Part shown: piece by piece, positions 23,177 through 32,328 of the stretch
Layout: every line of letters begins with the position of its first letter
Numbering within the stretch: the first letter of the stretch is position 1
Virus record (IMG/VR): IMGVR_UViG_3300048920_000114
Coordinates: 7,769 to 71,768 of that record
Source: a virus
Taxonomy: Duplodnaviria; Caudoviricetes
Strand: one strand, 5' to 3'
DNA length: 64,000 bases
Notes under the pieces: generated by a model
What the model saw: only the letters and a program-made list of their open reading frames with translations
What the model was told of the DNA's origin: nothing
Database searches by the model: none
Position numbers and translations under genes: made by a program

Positions 23177-25684
23177 CTAAAACACCGTCGAGGGCGGCTC
23201 GTCGCCCATGCTGGTGATCTCTTGCCCGGTCGCCTGATCGACGATCGGTTCTTGCTTCTTCTTCTTCGGCGCCGGCGGCCACTGTATCCCGCGGCCGAAG
23301 ACGCGCTTCCCGGTCGGCCAGACGTAGTGGATCATGCGCTGGCGCTCGCCTTCCTCGGGGACGTGGTCTGGATCTGGCATCTCTGAAATCCCTATGACGT
23401 TCGCCGGCAGCAGCTGATCGCGGAATCGCTTCGTCTGCGCCTTCATCTTGTTGCGGTACTTGTCGTGCGTCTCGCCTTCCTCCTGCGGGACGGTCTTCTT
23501 GTACTCGAGCCCGAGGTCCACCCACCGAACGACGTACATCACGTCCCTGCCGACCTCGAGGCCGGCGGGCGGCTTCATGGCTAGGCTGCTGTTCATCACG
23601 CGCAGCAACGCCTTGAACAGGCCGGCGTTGTTGTCGGTCAGGAAGAAGCCCTCCGGGCGGTCCTTGTTGCTGTTCTCGATCACGCTGTCCGGGATGTGCT
23701 GCGTCGGCTCGACCGAGACCATGCTGGTGATGTCGTCGCCGTCCTCGTCGACCCCGATCTTCACCTTGCTCAGAACGAAGCTCCAGTTCAGGCCGTCGTC
23801 GCCCTCGCGCTGCTTGTTGACCTTCACCCGGCGCATGACGCGCCCGTCCTCGTCCCGCTTCTCTTTGACGTTGGCGCCCTTGCCGTGCTGCTTGTCGTCC
23901 TCGAACACGCGCTCGACGAGGAGCGCGGCCTCGATGTTGTTGAAGAAGATCTCGTTGCCGCGGTGCTTTCCCTCGGCGTTCGTGTGGCCGACGATCCAGA
24001 GCGGACAGGCCGTCTTGTCCTTCACGATGGCGTAGTTGTTCATGATCTTGTTCAGATCCTCGCTCTTGATCTCGCTCGACCCGCGCGTCGCCGCGTTGTG
24101 GGTGTCGACGATCGTGGCGGCGTAGGGCAGCTTGAACCGCTCGGCCAGCTTCAGGATGTCCTCGGCCAGGCTGATCGCGTTGTCCTCGTCTGCGTACAGG
24201 TTCGGCGGACGGGTCAGCCACGCGAACGAGTGGAGATCCTCGGGGTGGATGCCGTGATGCTTCAGGTATGCCCGGAGGCGATTCTCGAAACCGGTCGCGC
24301 CCTCGTAGGTCAGATAGACGAACCCGCCCGGCGTCACCTTCTTGCCGGCGAACTGCTTCCCGAAGTGGACGTGCATGGCCATGTCCAGCGTCTCGAAGGT
24401 CTTCCCCGATCGGCTCGGGCCCATGATCAGGAGGTTGTCGTCCATCGGTACGATGCCCTTGATCCGCCACGGGTAGGCGCGGACGGGCGCCCCGAGATCC
24501 CGCGCGGTGCGCGCGCCGTACTTCGACTCGTAAGGCTTCGGCGTCCACGCCGGCAGGCCGTCCACGATCTCCAGCAGCTGCTCGCGTGTGCCTCCGCTTT
24601 CCCGCCAGTCTTTGACGTCGCCCTTCACCGGGCAGGCCGGCCACACGTCCTTGAAGTTCAGGGTCCGCACGCCGGCGCCGACCGCGGTCAGCATCGCGCC
24701 TATCTTGTCGGCGCGCTCGGAGCCCGCCTTGTCGTTGTCCTTCAGGATCACGACGTCCCGCGCGTTGCGGAAGAACTCGGCGCAGGCCTGGGTGAAGTTG
24801 CCGGCGCCGCCGCTGTTCGTCACGGCGAGGAGACCCCACTCGATCAGGACGTCGACCTTCGCCTCGCCCTCGGGCAGGAAGATCGTGCGCTGCTCGTCGC
24901 GCTCCTCGGTCAGCTCGGGCGCGACGTCGGCGGCGTTGTAGAGCCACGGCTCGATCGGGGGAAGATCGGTGAAGTAGCGACGCTGTGTCAGTTTCCAGTC
25001 GACGAACTTCTTCTCGTCGAAGCGCATCCATGTGTCTTTGTAGAGCATGAACTCTTGCGGGTTGCCGCGCCCGTCGTCAGTCGACAGCGACCAGATCCAC
25101 TCGCCCTCGGGAGATGGCCGACGTTGCATGAACGTCTTCCAGGGCTTGCCTTCCTTGGTCAGGTGCCACGAGCCGTCCGGAAGCCGCTTCTGGCTCCTTA
25201 TCGTCTCGTAGAGGAGCGTCCCTTCGGGGCTGTAATACTGCCACGCTTTGACGATCTCGTTCTTGCCTTGCGCTTTCGCAGCGTCTCGGCGAGCCCGACC
25301 CTCGCCATCTGGTGAAGGACCCGAGTCGCCGCCTGTCCTCTGCTCAGGCTTGGGTGAAGCGACAGCTCGCGCGCGATCAGGTTTTCCCACAGCTCGTCCG
25401 GCGTCTCCGGACAAGGTGACGCCGACCTGCTGCGCGAGTTCCTTGACCGCGTCGACGAACGAGTAGCCTTCGAAGGTTTGGAGGTAGTCGAAGCAGTCCC
25501 CCGGCTTTTCCCCGCCATTGCCGAACTCCTTGTAGAAGCCTTTGCTGTCGCTGATCGTGAACGACGGGTTGTCCGCCATCACGAACTCGGACCCCTGTTT
25601 GCGCAGGGCGTTCTTCTTGCCGATCAGATCCGACAGCACGACTCGGCTGCGGATCTCATCGAGTTCTCGTTCTTCGAATGCCAT
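23177..25684 (-). CDS. DnaG-type primase (TOPRIM) fused to a RecA-like/AAA_25 helicase
   Basis: DnaG-like N-terminus, TOPRIM LPEGE...DNDKAG, Walker A GPSRSGKT, Walker B IVDT, VGH motif. Confidence 0.9.
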   Translation of the reverse strand: MAFEERELDEIRSRVVLSDLIGKKNALRKQGSEFVMADNPSFTISDSKGFYKEFGNGGEKPGDCFDYLQTFEGYSFVDAVKELAQQVGVTLSGDAGRAVGKPDRARAVASPKPEQRTGGDSGPSPDGEGRARRDAAKAQGKNEIVKAWQYYSPEGTLLYETIRSQKRLPDGSWHLTKEGKPWKTFMQRRPSPEGEWIWSLSTDDGRGNPQEFMLYKDTWMRFDEKKFVDWKLTQRRYFTDLPPIEPWLYNAADVAPELTEERDEQRTIFLPEGEAKVDVLIEWGLLAVTNSGGAGNFTQACAEFFRNARDVVILKDNDKAGSERADKIGAMLTAVGAGVRTLNFKDVWPACPVKGDVKDWRESGGTREQLLEIVDGLPAWTPKPYESKYGARTARDLGAPVRAYPWRIKGIVPMDDNLLIMGPSRSGKTFETLDMAMHVHFGKQFAGKKVTPGGFVYLTYEGATGFENRLRAYLKHHGIHPEDLHSFAWLTRPPNLYADEDNAISLAEDILKLAERFKLPYAATIVDTHNAATRGSSEIKSEDLNKIMNNYAIVKDKTACPLWIVGHTNAEGKHRGNEIFFNNIEAALLVERVFEDDKQHGKGANVKEKRDEDGRVMRRVKVNKQREGDDGLNWSFVLSKVKIGVDEDGDDITSMVSVEPTQHIPDSVIENSNKDRPEGFFLTDNNAGLFKALLRVMNSSLAMKPPAGLEVGRDVMYVVRWVDLGLEYKKTVPQEEGETHDKYRNKMKAQTKRFRDQLLPANVIGISEMPDPDHVPEEGERQRMIHYVWPTGKRVFGRGIQWPPAPKKKKQEPIVDQATGQEITSMGDEPPSTVF

Positions 25685-25696
25685 TCCAACTTCCCG

Positions 25697-26290
25697 TCAG
25701 GCGATAGCAGGAAACTTGTCGAGCTCTTTGCCGAAACCCGTCCACCCCGCACGTCGCTGTCTGCTGTAAATGTCGGCGCGCCGCCAGCCCGGAGTCAGGT
25801 TTTCAAAATGTTTGTAGACCTCGTCGGGCTTGCGGCTGTGCTCGCGGGCGAGTCCCTCGATCTCGACGCCCTCCGACGACTCGATCAGGTTCTTGATCGA
25901 CCGTCCGCGCAGCTTGTTCTTGCCCTTCGTGGCGATGATGAACGGCTCGCAGACGCTGCGCATGACGTGGCCGGTGCCCCATCGAAGCTTTCCGTTCTTG
26001 GTGCGCTTCGACCAGGCGCCTCCGGTCTGAACCCGGAGCCCCCACACGTTCTCGACGATCATGTGCTGCTTGCCGAACAGCGGCCACGTACACCACACGA
26101 TCACGGCGCCGCCGTCGTGCAGGAGATCCGCCACCGGCAGGCCGTAGATCTCGTCCCACGTCTGCGTCTCGTACTGCGAGTCCGGGGACTTCGCCTTCCC
26201 CTTCTCGGACCACGTCGCCCACGGCCACGCCGGGTCGATCATGACGAGGTCGAAGGAGCGCGGCTTCAACGGCGCGAAATCGAACGTCAT
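25697..26290 (-). CDS. MT-A70-family DNA methyltransferase
   Basis: FDLVMIDPAW...WCTWP...WGL...WSK...EHSRKPDE. Confidence 0.88.
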   Translation of the reverse strand: MTFDFAPLKPRSFDLVMIDPAWPWATWSEKGKAKSPDSQYETQTWDEIYGLPVADLLHDGGAVIVWCTWPLFGKQHMIVENVWGLRVQTGGAWSKRTKNGKLRWGTGHVMRSVCEPFIIATKGKNKLRGRSIKNLIESSEGVEIEGLAREHSRKPDEVYKHFENLTPGWRRADIYSRQRRAGWTGFGKELDKFPAIA

Positions 26291-27243
26291 GCTCGCTCCC
26301 GCATGAAGAAGCCCAGCTTCTGGTAGGGCTCGATCGACAGCTTCAGCGGCTCGATCACGCGGTTGATCGTGGTCACGGCGTCCTCGACGTAGAACCGCTG
26401 CGAGGAGATCCCCTTCGCCATGCTGACCGACGCCAGCTTCGCGGTGTCGATGCAGCCGGACCCCATGCAGCGATAGAGATGGTCGGCTATCCGCCAGTGG
26501 TCGGGGTCGAGGCCGACGGTCTTCCCGTCGTGCTCGAACAGCAAGGGGGACGTGGCGTCGGCGTCCTTGCTGTTCAGCGCGGCCTTGGCTCGCGCGCGCT
26601 CTATCTGCTCCTCTGACAGCGCGCGCGGCGCGGGCTTCGGAACGTGCTTCTGCACCTTGGGGTTCGGCTTCCCGCCGACCAGGCCGGCGCCGGGGTTCCG
26701 CGCGACTAAGCGGCCCTTCTCGGTCAGCGTCATGCGACCGTGGTCGTCTCGGTTGAGCCTGCCCTCCTTGACGTAGCGATAGAACTCCGGAGCGATCTGC
26801 CTGAACGTGACGTTCGGCCACCATTTGTTGCGGATCTTGTTGATGACGACGGTCGCCACCATGCCTTCGGGGGGGCCCGCGTCCAGGATCTGAAACATCA
26901 TCTGGAAGTTCGTCGGGATGCCGGGAGGGCGCGGCACCGAGACGTAGGCGCCCGGCAGGTTCGGCTCCTCCGGCTCCTCGCGCGACTCGAGTCGGTCGAC
27001 GGTCCTCTCGCTCAGGGGGACTGTTCGCTCGTCGTCGATGCCGATCACCAGAGAAACAGCGACAGGTTTCGAGATCTCCACCGCGACACCCTCCCCGATA
27101 TGCTTCTCGCCATACAGGGCCAGAATATCGCGCAGCAGATCTTCCTTGTGCTTCAAAAGAGGCATCTCGGACAACGCGATCTGCACCCTCACCAGCTCGG
27201 CGCGCGCGCATGACAGGAACTGCTTCGTAACTTCGTCGGTCAT
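26287..27243 (-). CDS. Putative transcriptional regulator with winged-HTH domains
   Basis: GMVATVVINKIRNKWW...LTEKG wHTH-like segment and an OmpR-like C-terminal segment. Confidence 0.5.
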   Translation of the reverse strand: MTDEVTKQFLSCARAELVRVQIALSEMPLLKHKEDLLRDILALYGEKHIGEGVAVEISKPVAVSLVIGIDDERTVPLSERTVDRLESREEPEEPNLPGAYVSVPRPPGIPTNFQMMFQILDAGPPEGMVATVVINKIRNKWWPNVTFRQIAPEFYRYVKEGRLNRDDHGRMTLTEKGRLVARNPGAGLVGGKPNPKVQKHVPKPAPRALSEEQIERARAKAALNSKDADATSPLLFEHDGKTVGLDPDHWRIADHLYRCMGSGCIDTAKLASVSMAKGISSQRFYVEDAVTTINRVIEPLKLSIEPYQKLGFFMRERA

Positions 27244-27563
27244 TTTTTCTTCTTCCACTTCCTGTCTTCCTCGGCCTTGCGCTCCAGCTCCTGCTGCTCC
27301 ATCCATTCGATCAACCGTCGAACGTCGTTCATCATGAGCCACTCGCGGCGCCAGCCCTGCATCATCTTGCTGCCCTCGACCCGCTGCCGCTGCTGGATGA
27401 TCGCCATCCGCTTCAGCGCGTAGTCGAGCATTCGTTCCTTCGGTCTGTCCTTCAGCCATTCGGCGTCGTGCTTCTGGATGTCGGCCATGATCTGGTCGGC
27501 GGGGAGGAGGTCGGTCGGCGCAAGCGGGTCGACCTCGGTCTGTTCTTCGGGATCTTCGCTCAA
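27240..27563 (-). CDS. Hypothetical protein
   Basis: ORF track; coupled to both neighbours. Confidence 0.55.
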   Translation of the reverse strand: MSEDPEEQTEVDPLAPTDLLPADQIMADIQKHDAEWLKDRPKERMLDYALKRMAIIQQRQRVEGSKMMQGWRREWLMMNDVRRLIEWMEQQELERKAEEDRKWKKKK

Positions 27564-28189
27564 AACGGGATGTCGTCATCATCGTGGATGAAGCGGGACG
27601 CGACTCGCCTCTTGGAAGCCGGCGCCGTTACGGCGTCGACCAGTTTGGGCTTCTTCGGGATGGGCAGCAGCGCGTTGTCTTTGTGGCCAAGCTTGTAGGC
27701 GCCGTACGCTGCGATCAGATAGGCCTCGGCGCGCTGGTGGTCTTTCATGCGCTTCAGCGGTTCGGCGAGGTGCGGGAATTTCTCGATCGTCAGAAGCCGC
27801 GCCTCCTCCTTCGAGGCCTTGCCGCCGCGCATGCCGAAGTGACCCTTCCAGCTCTGCGACGCGACCATCGTGGGGCGGATGTCGAGGCACCCCAGGACGG
27901 CCTTGATGGCGAAGAAGCCGCCGCCGAACCTGAACAGCGACGTGTTGCCGAACTTGATCTCCTCGCCGGTCTTCTCGTCGCGACCAGGCCGCGCGTTGAC
28001 GATCTCGAGGAAGACGTGCTCGGGGCGGAAGGCCCAGAAGATGTCGCGCAGCGCGGGGTAGTCGAGCTCGCGATGCTTGCCTTCCTCCGTCGTCGGCAGG
28101 TCCACGACGACCTCCCGGTTGACGAACTCGTCGGTGAACAGCGCGACGGCGCCGTTGATGCCCGGATCTATCCCCACGACTCTGACCAC
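27560..28189 (-). CDS. RuvC-like Holliday junction resolvase
   Basis: GIDPG, VFLE, WKGHFG, D..AEAYLIA RNase H-fold catalytic pattern. Confidence 0.85.
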   Translation of the reverse strand: MVRVVGIDPGINGAVALFTDEFVNREVVVDLPTTEEGKHRELDYPALRDIFWAFRPEHVFLEIVNARPGRDEKTGEEIKFGNTSLFRFGGGFFAIKAVLGCLDIRPTMVASQSWKGHFGMRGGKASKEEARLLTIEKFPHLAEPLKRMKDHQRAEAYLIAAYGAYKLGHKDNALLPIPKKPKLVDAVTAPASKRRVASRFIHDDDDIPF

Positions 28190-28222
28190 GACGATGCCTC
28201 CGGTTGCGGGACGGCCAGTCCC

Positions 28223-28708
28223 TTAATGCGCTCTCGGGTTCGGACCGCGTCCGACCTGACTGAGGTTCGCTTCCGCCTTGTCGGCGAGCTCACGAACGCG
28301 GGCCGACGCTGAAGACGTGGGAGCGGCCGCGCTGGCGCCGGGCTGTCGAAGGTGGCGCGGCCGCAGGTCTTCGTCGGCTTCCGAGGTTTCTTCCGGCTGT
28401 TCGCCGGTCGTGCGCAGGAGGTCCTGGTTCTTGCCCCACTCGCGCTCGCAGTAGACCTCGAAGTGGAAGCGCAGTTCTTCGCGCGCGACGGGGTCCATCT
28501 TGCGAAGCTTCATCAGCCAGGCGAACGCGGTCTTGTGAAGCTTGTCGTTGTCGACGGCTGTCTGGATCAGCTCGCCCTTGCGCTGGTTCGCGTCCGACGC
28601 CGTCTTGCTGGCGTTCGCGACCTTCGCGATCAGATCCTTCAGCTTCTGAGGTTTGATCGCTTCGTGGACCGTTTGGTCGGCCACCGGTTCTTGGATTGTC
28701 TTGGCCAT
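28223..28708 (-). CDS. GapR/DUF2312-like DNA-binding protein
   Basis: LKDLIAKV...KTAFAWLMKLRKMDPVAREE...VY helical pattern; RBS aggag. Confidence 0.5.
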   Translation of the reverse strand: MAKTIQEPVADQTVHEAIKPQKLKDLIAKVANASKTASDANQRKGELIQTAVDNDKLHKTAFAWLMKLRKMDPVAREELRFHFEVYCEREWGKNQDLLRTTGEQPEETSEADEDLRPRHLRQPGASAAAPTSSASARVRELADKAEANLSQVGRGPNPRAH

Positions 28709-29002
28709 GCCGTCTCCTTCGAGATGTGACGGCCCCCGCAAAGAGCGACCTGATACGGGGGCCGTCGGTATCGCTGCGCAGCCGGGTGGAACGCAGCAAT
28801 TCTGAAAAGGATGGGCAGGTCGCCGGCTGCTAATGATTGAACCATCCGATTCAGTCAACTGGCAACCGTTGTGCGACGCGGAACGGATCTCAAGCGACTC
28901 GCGCGCGGTAGTTAGATCTCTACAGAGTTAAGGAAGGGGCGCTTCAGGCGCCCTTCCCTGAACCATCAACTCCTGCGTTTCAAGGCCGCGCGCGAAAGCT
29001 CT

Positions 29003-29128
29003 GTCACCGATTTTCAGTGTTGCTGTCAACGGGTACGCCGATCGGTGACGGAAGCGGGTGCGGGCCGGTGACGGTGACGTCCGGGCGGCCATGTCCATGC
29101 AAACGATGGGGCTTTTCTCGCGTCACCG
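29003..29128. repeat. CGGTGAC(G) repeat cluster 2 (iteron-like)
   Basis: Direct copies at 29043, 29066 and 29072; inverted copies at 29003 and 29121. Confidence 0.65.
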
Positions 29129-29184
29129 GGGATCGGGTCCGCAACCGACTTTTCCCCACTATTTTCGCTCCGGGAACAAAAACG

Positions 29185-29212
29185 CTGGACGACCCTAAAC
29201 TGTGCGTATAGG
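29185..29212 (+). promoter_or_regulatory. Early promoter/operator motif
   Basis: CTGGACGACCCTAAACTGTGCGTATAGG, 22/28 identical to 35626-35653. Confidence 0.65.
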
Positions 29213-29260
29213 TAGCGGGCACTGCGAGTCTCCCGCTCGCCGCGCCAGACGGAGGAAACC

Positions 29261-29716
29261 ATGGACGAACTCTACGAGGGCATCGCCCGGAACATCGCGA
29301 CGAGCCGCCGCTCCGTCATGCACGTCATGAGCGACGGACACAGCCCGCCGTTCGCCTATTCGATCGGGAACAGCGTCTGGAAGGCCGGCGCGCTCCCGGA
29401 GGTTCTGATCATCGGCATCAATCCGCGAGTCTCGCAGGTGATCATCAACGAGGTCAGCGACAGACTGATCGTCCAGGGCGTTCCGCAGGATCGCCAGCTT
29501 TTCATGCTCGACGGCGGGAAGGTCCCGCTGATGCTCGTCTTCTGCAAGCCGCTGGTGAAGGACGTCTACACCCTGCAGGCCGGCCGGTACCTGAAGCGCG
29601 AGGACTACGACGTCATGCAGATCGTCGTCCCCGACGAGAACGGCCTGTTCCCGTGGCAGCCCGGATGCTCCGAGATCTACAAGAACATCCCGTTCCTCGG
29701 CGAGACGGTTCAGTAG
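29261..29716 (+). CDS. DUF4262-like protein
   Basis: PFAYSIG...PEVLIIGI...QIVVPDENGLFPW. Confidence 0.8.
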   Translation: MDELYEGIARNIATSRRSVMHVMSDGHSPPFAYSIGNSVWKAGALPEVLIIGINPRVSQVIINEVSDRLIVQGVPQDRQLFMLDGGKVPLMLVFCKPLVKDVYTLQAGRYLKREDYDVMQIVVPDENGLFPWQPGCSEIYKNIPFLGETVQ

Positions 29717-29717
29717 C

Positions 29718-30065
29718 ATGTGGATCTGTTTGAACGACGCCTTCCTGTCGATCGTGAAGAAGGACTGCGCGAACGACGAGCTGCTCGTCCGCGCGCGGCG
29801 CAAGGGAGACATCGAGAAGGTGTTCTCCGGCGCCGTCGTCACCCGATACACGAAGTCGGATTACCTGTTCCGTGCGCGCGTGAAGGTGTCGGCCGTGTCG
29901 CAGGTGATGATCAACGAGGCCACCCGCATCAACTACGCGAACTTCAAGAACAGCGTGAAGGACAAGGACCTTCACGACGCCTACCTGAAGATCTGGACCG
30001 CGATGGCCGCCCTCCAGCCCACCGAGCCGTACACCGGGAAGAAGCGAAAGGTCGCGAAGCGATGA
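29718..30065 (+). CDS. Conserved phage hypothetical protein
   Basis: MWICLNDAFLSIV...LLVRAR...DYLFRA...NYANFK. Confidence 0.75.
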   Translation: MWICLNDAFLSIVKKDCANDELLVRARRKGDIEKVFSGAVVTRYTKSDYLFRARVKVSAVSQVMINEATRINYANFKNSVKDKDLHDAYLKIWTAMAALQPTEPYTGKKRKVAKR

Positions 30066-31432
30066 ACATGCACGTCCCAGCCCTGAAGCGCAGCCTTCAG
30101 GACGTCGTCGCGGAGTACGACCTGAAGCGCGCCGGCATCGACGAAGCGATGGCCGCCCACAAGCGCGCCTGCAATGACCTGAAATCCTCGGCCGCGGTCG
30201 GCGGCACGTTCGGAGCCTACGTTCTTCACAGCCTCGCGGACAACGTCCACCGCAGCGACATGGAGAAGGCGCTGCTGAAGTCGGCGTGGCTTCACGTCTA
30301 CGAGGGCCTGAGCATCAATGTCGTCGCCAGCGCGCGCGATCGCAAGCTGTTCGAGCAGTCGATGGAGAAGCCGGCGCCGTTCACGCTGGAGAACATAGGC
30401 GCCACGTTCGGCCGCTACATCCTCGACCCGCGCGGCAACATCCTGCGCGGACTCGCGGAGACGTTCTGCTCGCTCGACCAGTCCTACAAGAGCCACGAGA
30501 AGATGAAGATCGGCGTCGCCGGGCTTCCGAAGCGGATCGTTCTGTCCAACGTCGGCTCCTATGGATCTCGCGGGCGCGAGGAGTTGAAGGACGTCCTGAA
30601 CGCTCTGGCGTCCTACCGCGGCGAGCCCTTGATCGAGAACGTGGATCTGAGGCCGATCGATGATCTTCACAGCTCGATCAGGGCGACGTCCGGCCAGGTC
30701 GTCATCCCCGACAAGCTCGACGAGGACGGGAAGGTCATCCGCAGGGGCGGACTGACCATCAAGAAGTTCCTGAACGGCAACGCGCACCTGATGTTCAACC
30801 AGGCCGCGCTGCGCGACATCAACAAGGCGCTGTCCGACTACTACGGCGAGGTCCTGCCCGACTGCCCGGAGGAGCGCCCGGCGAAGCAGGCGTCGACCGA
30901 GGTCAGTAAGGACCTTCAGTTCTACCCGACTCCGTCGAGCGTGGTCGCGCTGACCCTGCGGAAGATCGCGCACAAGTTCGGCGACGACTTCCTGAAGGGG
31001 AAGAAGTTGCTCGAACCGTCGTGCGGAGACGGGCGGTTCATGGTCGCCGCCCACGCCAAGGGCGCCAGCCCCTTCGGCTTCGAGGTCGACATCAACCGGA
31101 CCCTGGAGTGCAGGAAGCGCGGCCTGCGCGTGCTGTGCGCGAACTTCCTCGAGACCGAACCCTGCGGCACCTACGACGTCGCGCTGATGAACCCGCCGTT
31201 CTACGGCAAGCATTACGCGAAGCACGTCCGCCACGCCTACAAGTTCCTGAAGCCGGGCGGGCGCCTGATCGCGATCCTGCCGGCGACGGCGCGCGACCAC
31301 GGCTTGCTCGACGACGTCGGCGTTCGGTCCCGCTACATGGACGCCCCGTGGGACGACCTCCCGGTCGGCTCGTTCAGCGAGTCCGGCACCAACATCAACA
31401 CCGTCCTGTTCATCGTCACGAAGGAGTCCTGA
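30062..31432 (+). CDS. DUF4942-domain class I SAM-dependent (N6-adenine type) DNA methyltransferase
   Basis: QFYPTP, LEPSCGDG, MNPPF, LKPGGRLIAILP. Confidence 0.88.
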   Translation: MNMHVPALKRSLQDVVAEYDLKRAGIDEAMAAHKRACNDLKSSAAVGGTFGAYVLHSLADNVHRSDMEKALLKSAWLHVYEGLSINVVASARDRKLFEQSMEKPAPFTLENIGATFGRYILDPRGNILRGLAETFCSLDQSYKSHEKMKIGVAGLPKRIVLSNVGSYGSRGREELKDVLNALASYRGEPLIENVDLRPIDDLHSSIRATSGQVVIPDKLDEDGKVIRRGGLTIKKFLNGNAHLMFNQAALRDINKALSDYYGEVLPDCPEERPAKQASTEVSKDLQFYPTPSSVVALTLRKIAHKFGDDFLKGKKLLEPSCGDGRFMVAAHAKGASPFGFEVDINRTLECRKRGLRVLCANFLETEPCGTYDVALMNPPFYGKHYAKHVRHAYKFLKPGGRLIAILPATARDHGLLDDVGVRSRYMDAPWDDLPVGSFSESGTNINTVLFIVTKES

Positions 31433-31435
31433 CAC

Positions 31436-31660
31436 ATGGCCACGTCTTTCCCGTTCCTCGCCATCGCGCGCCACTTCGACATCCCCTACGGAAGGGTCAT
31501 TCGCACGGCGGAGGCATTCGGAAACCCGGAGATCGTCTTCAGCCCCGAGACCTCGCTGGAATACAACCAGATGATCGGGACGCTCGCCTACTTCGCTATC
31601 GCTGAAGCCTTGGGCGAGGAGGCCCGGCGTCGCTTCGAGGTCGAGCAGCAGGGGCGCTGA
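31436..31660 (+). CDS. Hypothetical protein
   Basis: ORF track; operon context. Confidence 0.6.
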   Translation: MATSFPFLAIARHFDIPYGRVIRTAEAFGNPEIVFSPETSLEYNQMIGTLAYFAIAEALGEEARRRFEVEQQGR

Positions 31661-31661
31661 G

Positions 31662-32099
31662 ATGGTCGCCTATAGCGTCAAGGAACGGTTCATCGCCCCC
31701 ATCGAAGTGGGTTTAGGCCTGCCGATCACAGGGCCGGCTTCCGTCGCGTTCCCGGCTCCGAAGCTTCAGACCATTCGTGCTGTCGGAAAGCGACGACACG
31801 CGCGTCCGGGAGAGATCATCCAGATCTACTACGCGATGCGAACCAGCTTCTGCCGCCTGATCGGGGTGGCGAGGTGCGTCGACGTCGTCCCGCTTGTCTT
31901 CGACTTCGCGTTCGTCAACCGCTCCATCACCGCCCGGATCGATGGTCAGAGGCTGCGCCGCGACGAGATGGACGACTTCGCGCGGCGAGACGGGTTCGAC
32001 GACCACGCGGACATGGCGCGATTCTGGCGCGACGAACATCCCTTCGAAAGGTTCGAAGGCGTGCTGATCCGCTGGGCGCCGATCACCGGGGAGCCGTGA
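31662..32099 (+). CDS. ASCH-like domain protein
   Basis: KLQTIR...RPGEIIQIY...FARRDGF. Confidence 0.7.
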   Translation: MVAYSVKERFIAPIEVGLGLPITGPASVAFPAPKLQTIRAVGKRRHARPGEIIQIYYAMRTSFCRLIGVARCVDVVPLVFDFAFVNRSITARIDGQRLRRDEMDDFARRDGFDDHADMARFWRDEHPFERFEGVLIRWAPITGEP

Positions 32100-32100
32100 C

Positions 32101-32328
32101 ATGGCAAGTCTGTCTGACATGGGACTGGCCGCCGCTCGCGCTTTGTACGACTTCGGCCTGCGTTATCAGATTGTCGAAGCCATGATCGGCCCGTGGCAGG
32201 CCCGCCTCGTAGTGACGACCGACGGGCACTTAGACGACGAAGAAAGGCAGACTGTGAAGGACGCCGTCGAGAGGTTCCGACCGGCTGGAGCTTTGGTCGA
32301 CATCGTGTTCGAGGAGTTCGTCGTCTGA
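32101..32328 (+). CDS. Hypothetical protein
   Basis: ORF track; coupled. Confidence 0.55.
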   Translation: MASLSDMGLAAARALYDFGLRYQIVEAMIGPWQARLVVTTDGHLDDEERQTVKDAVERFRPAGALVDIVFEEFVV

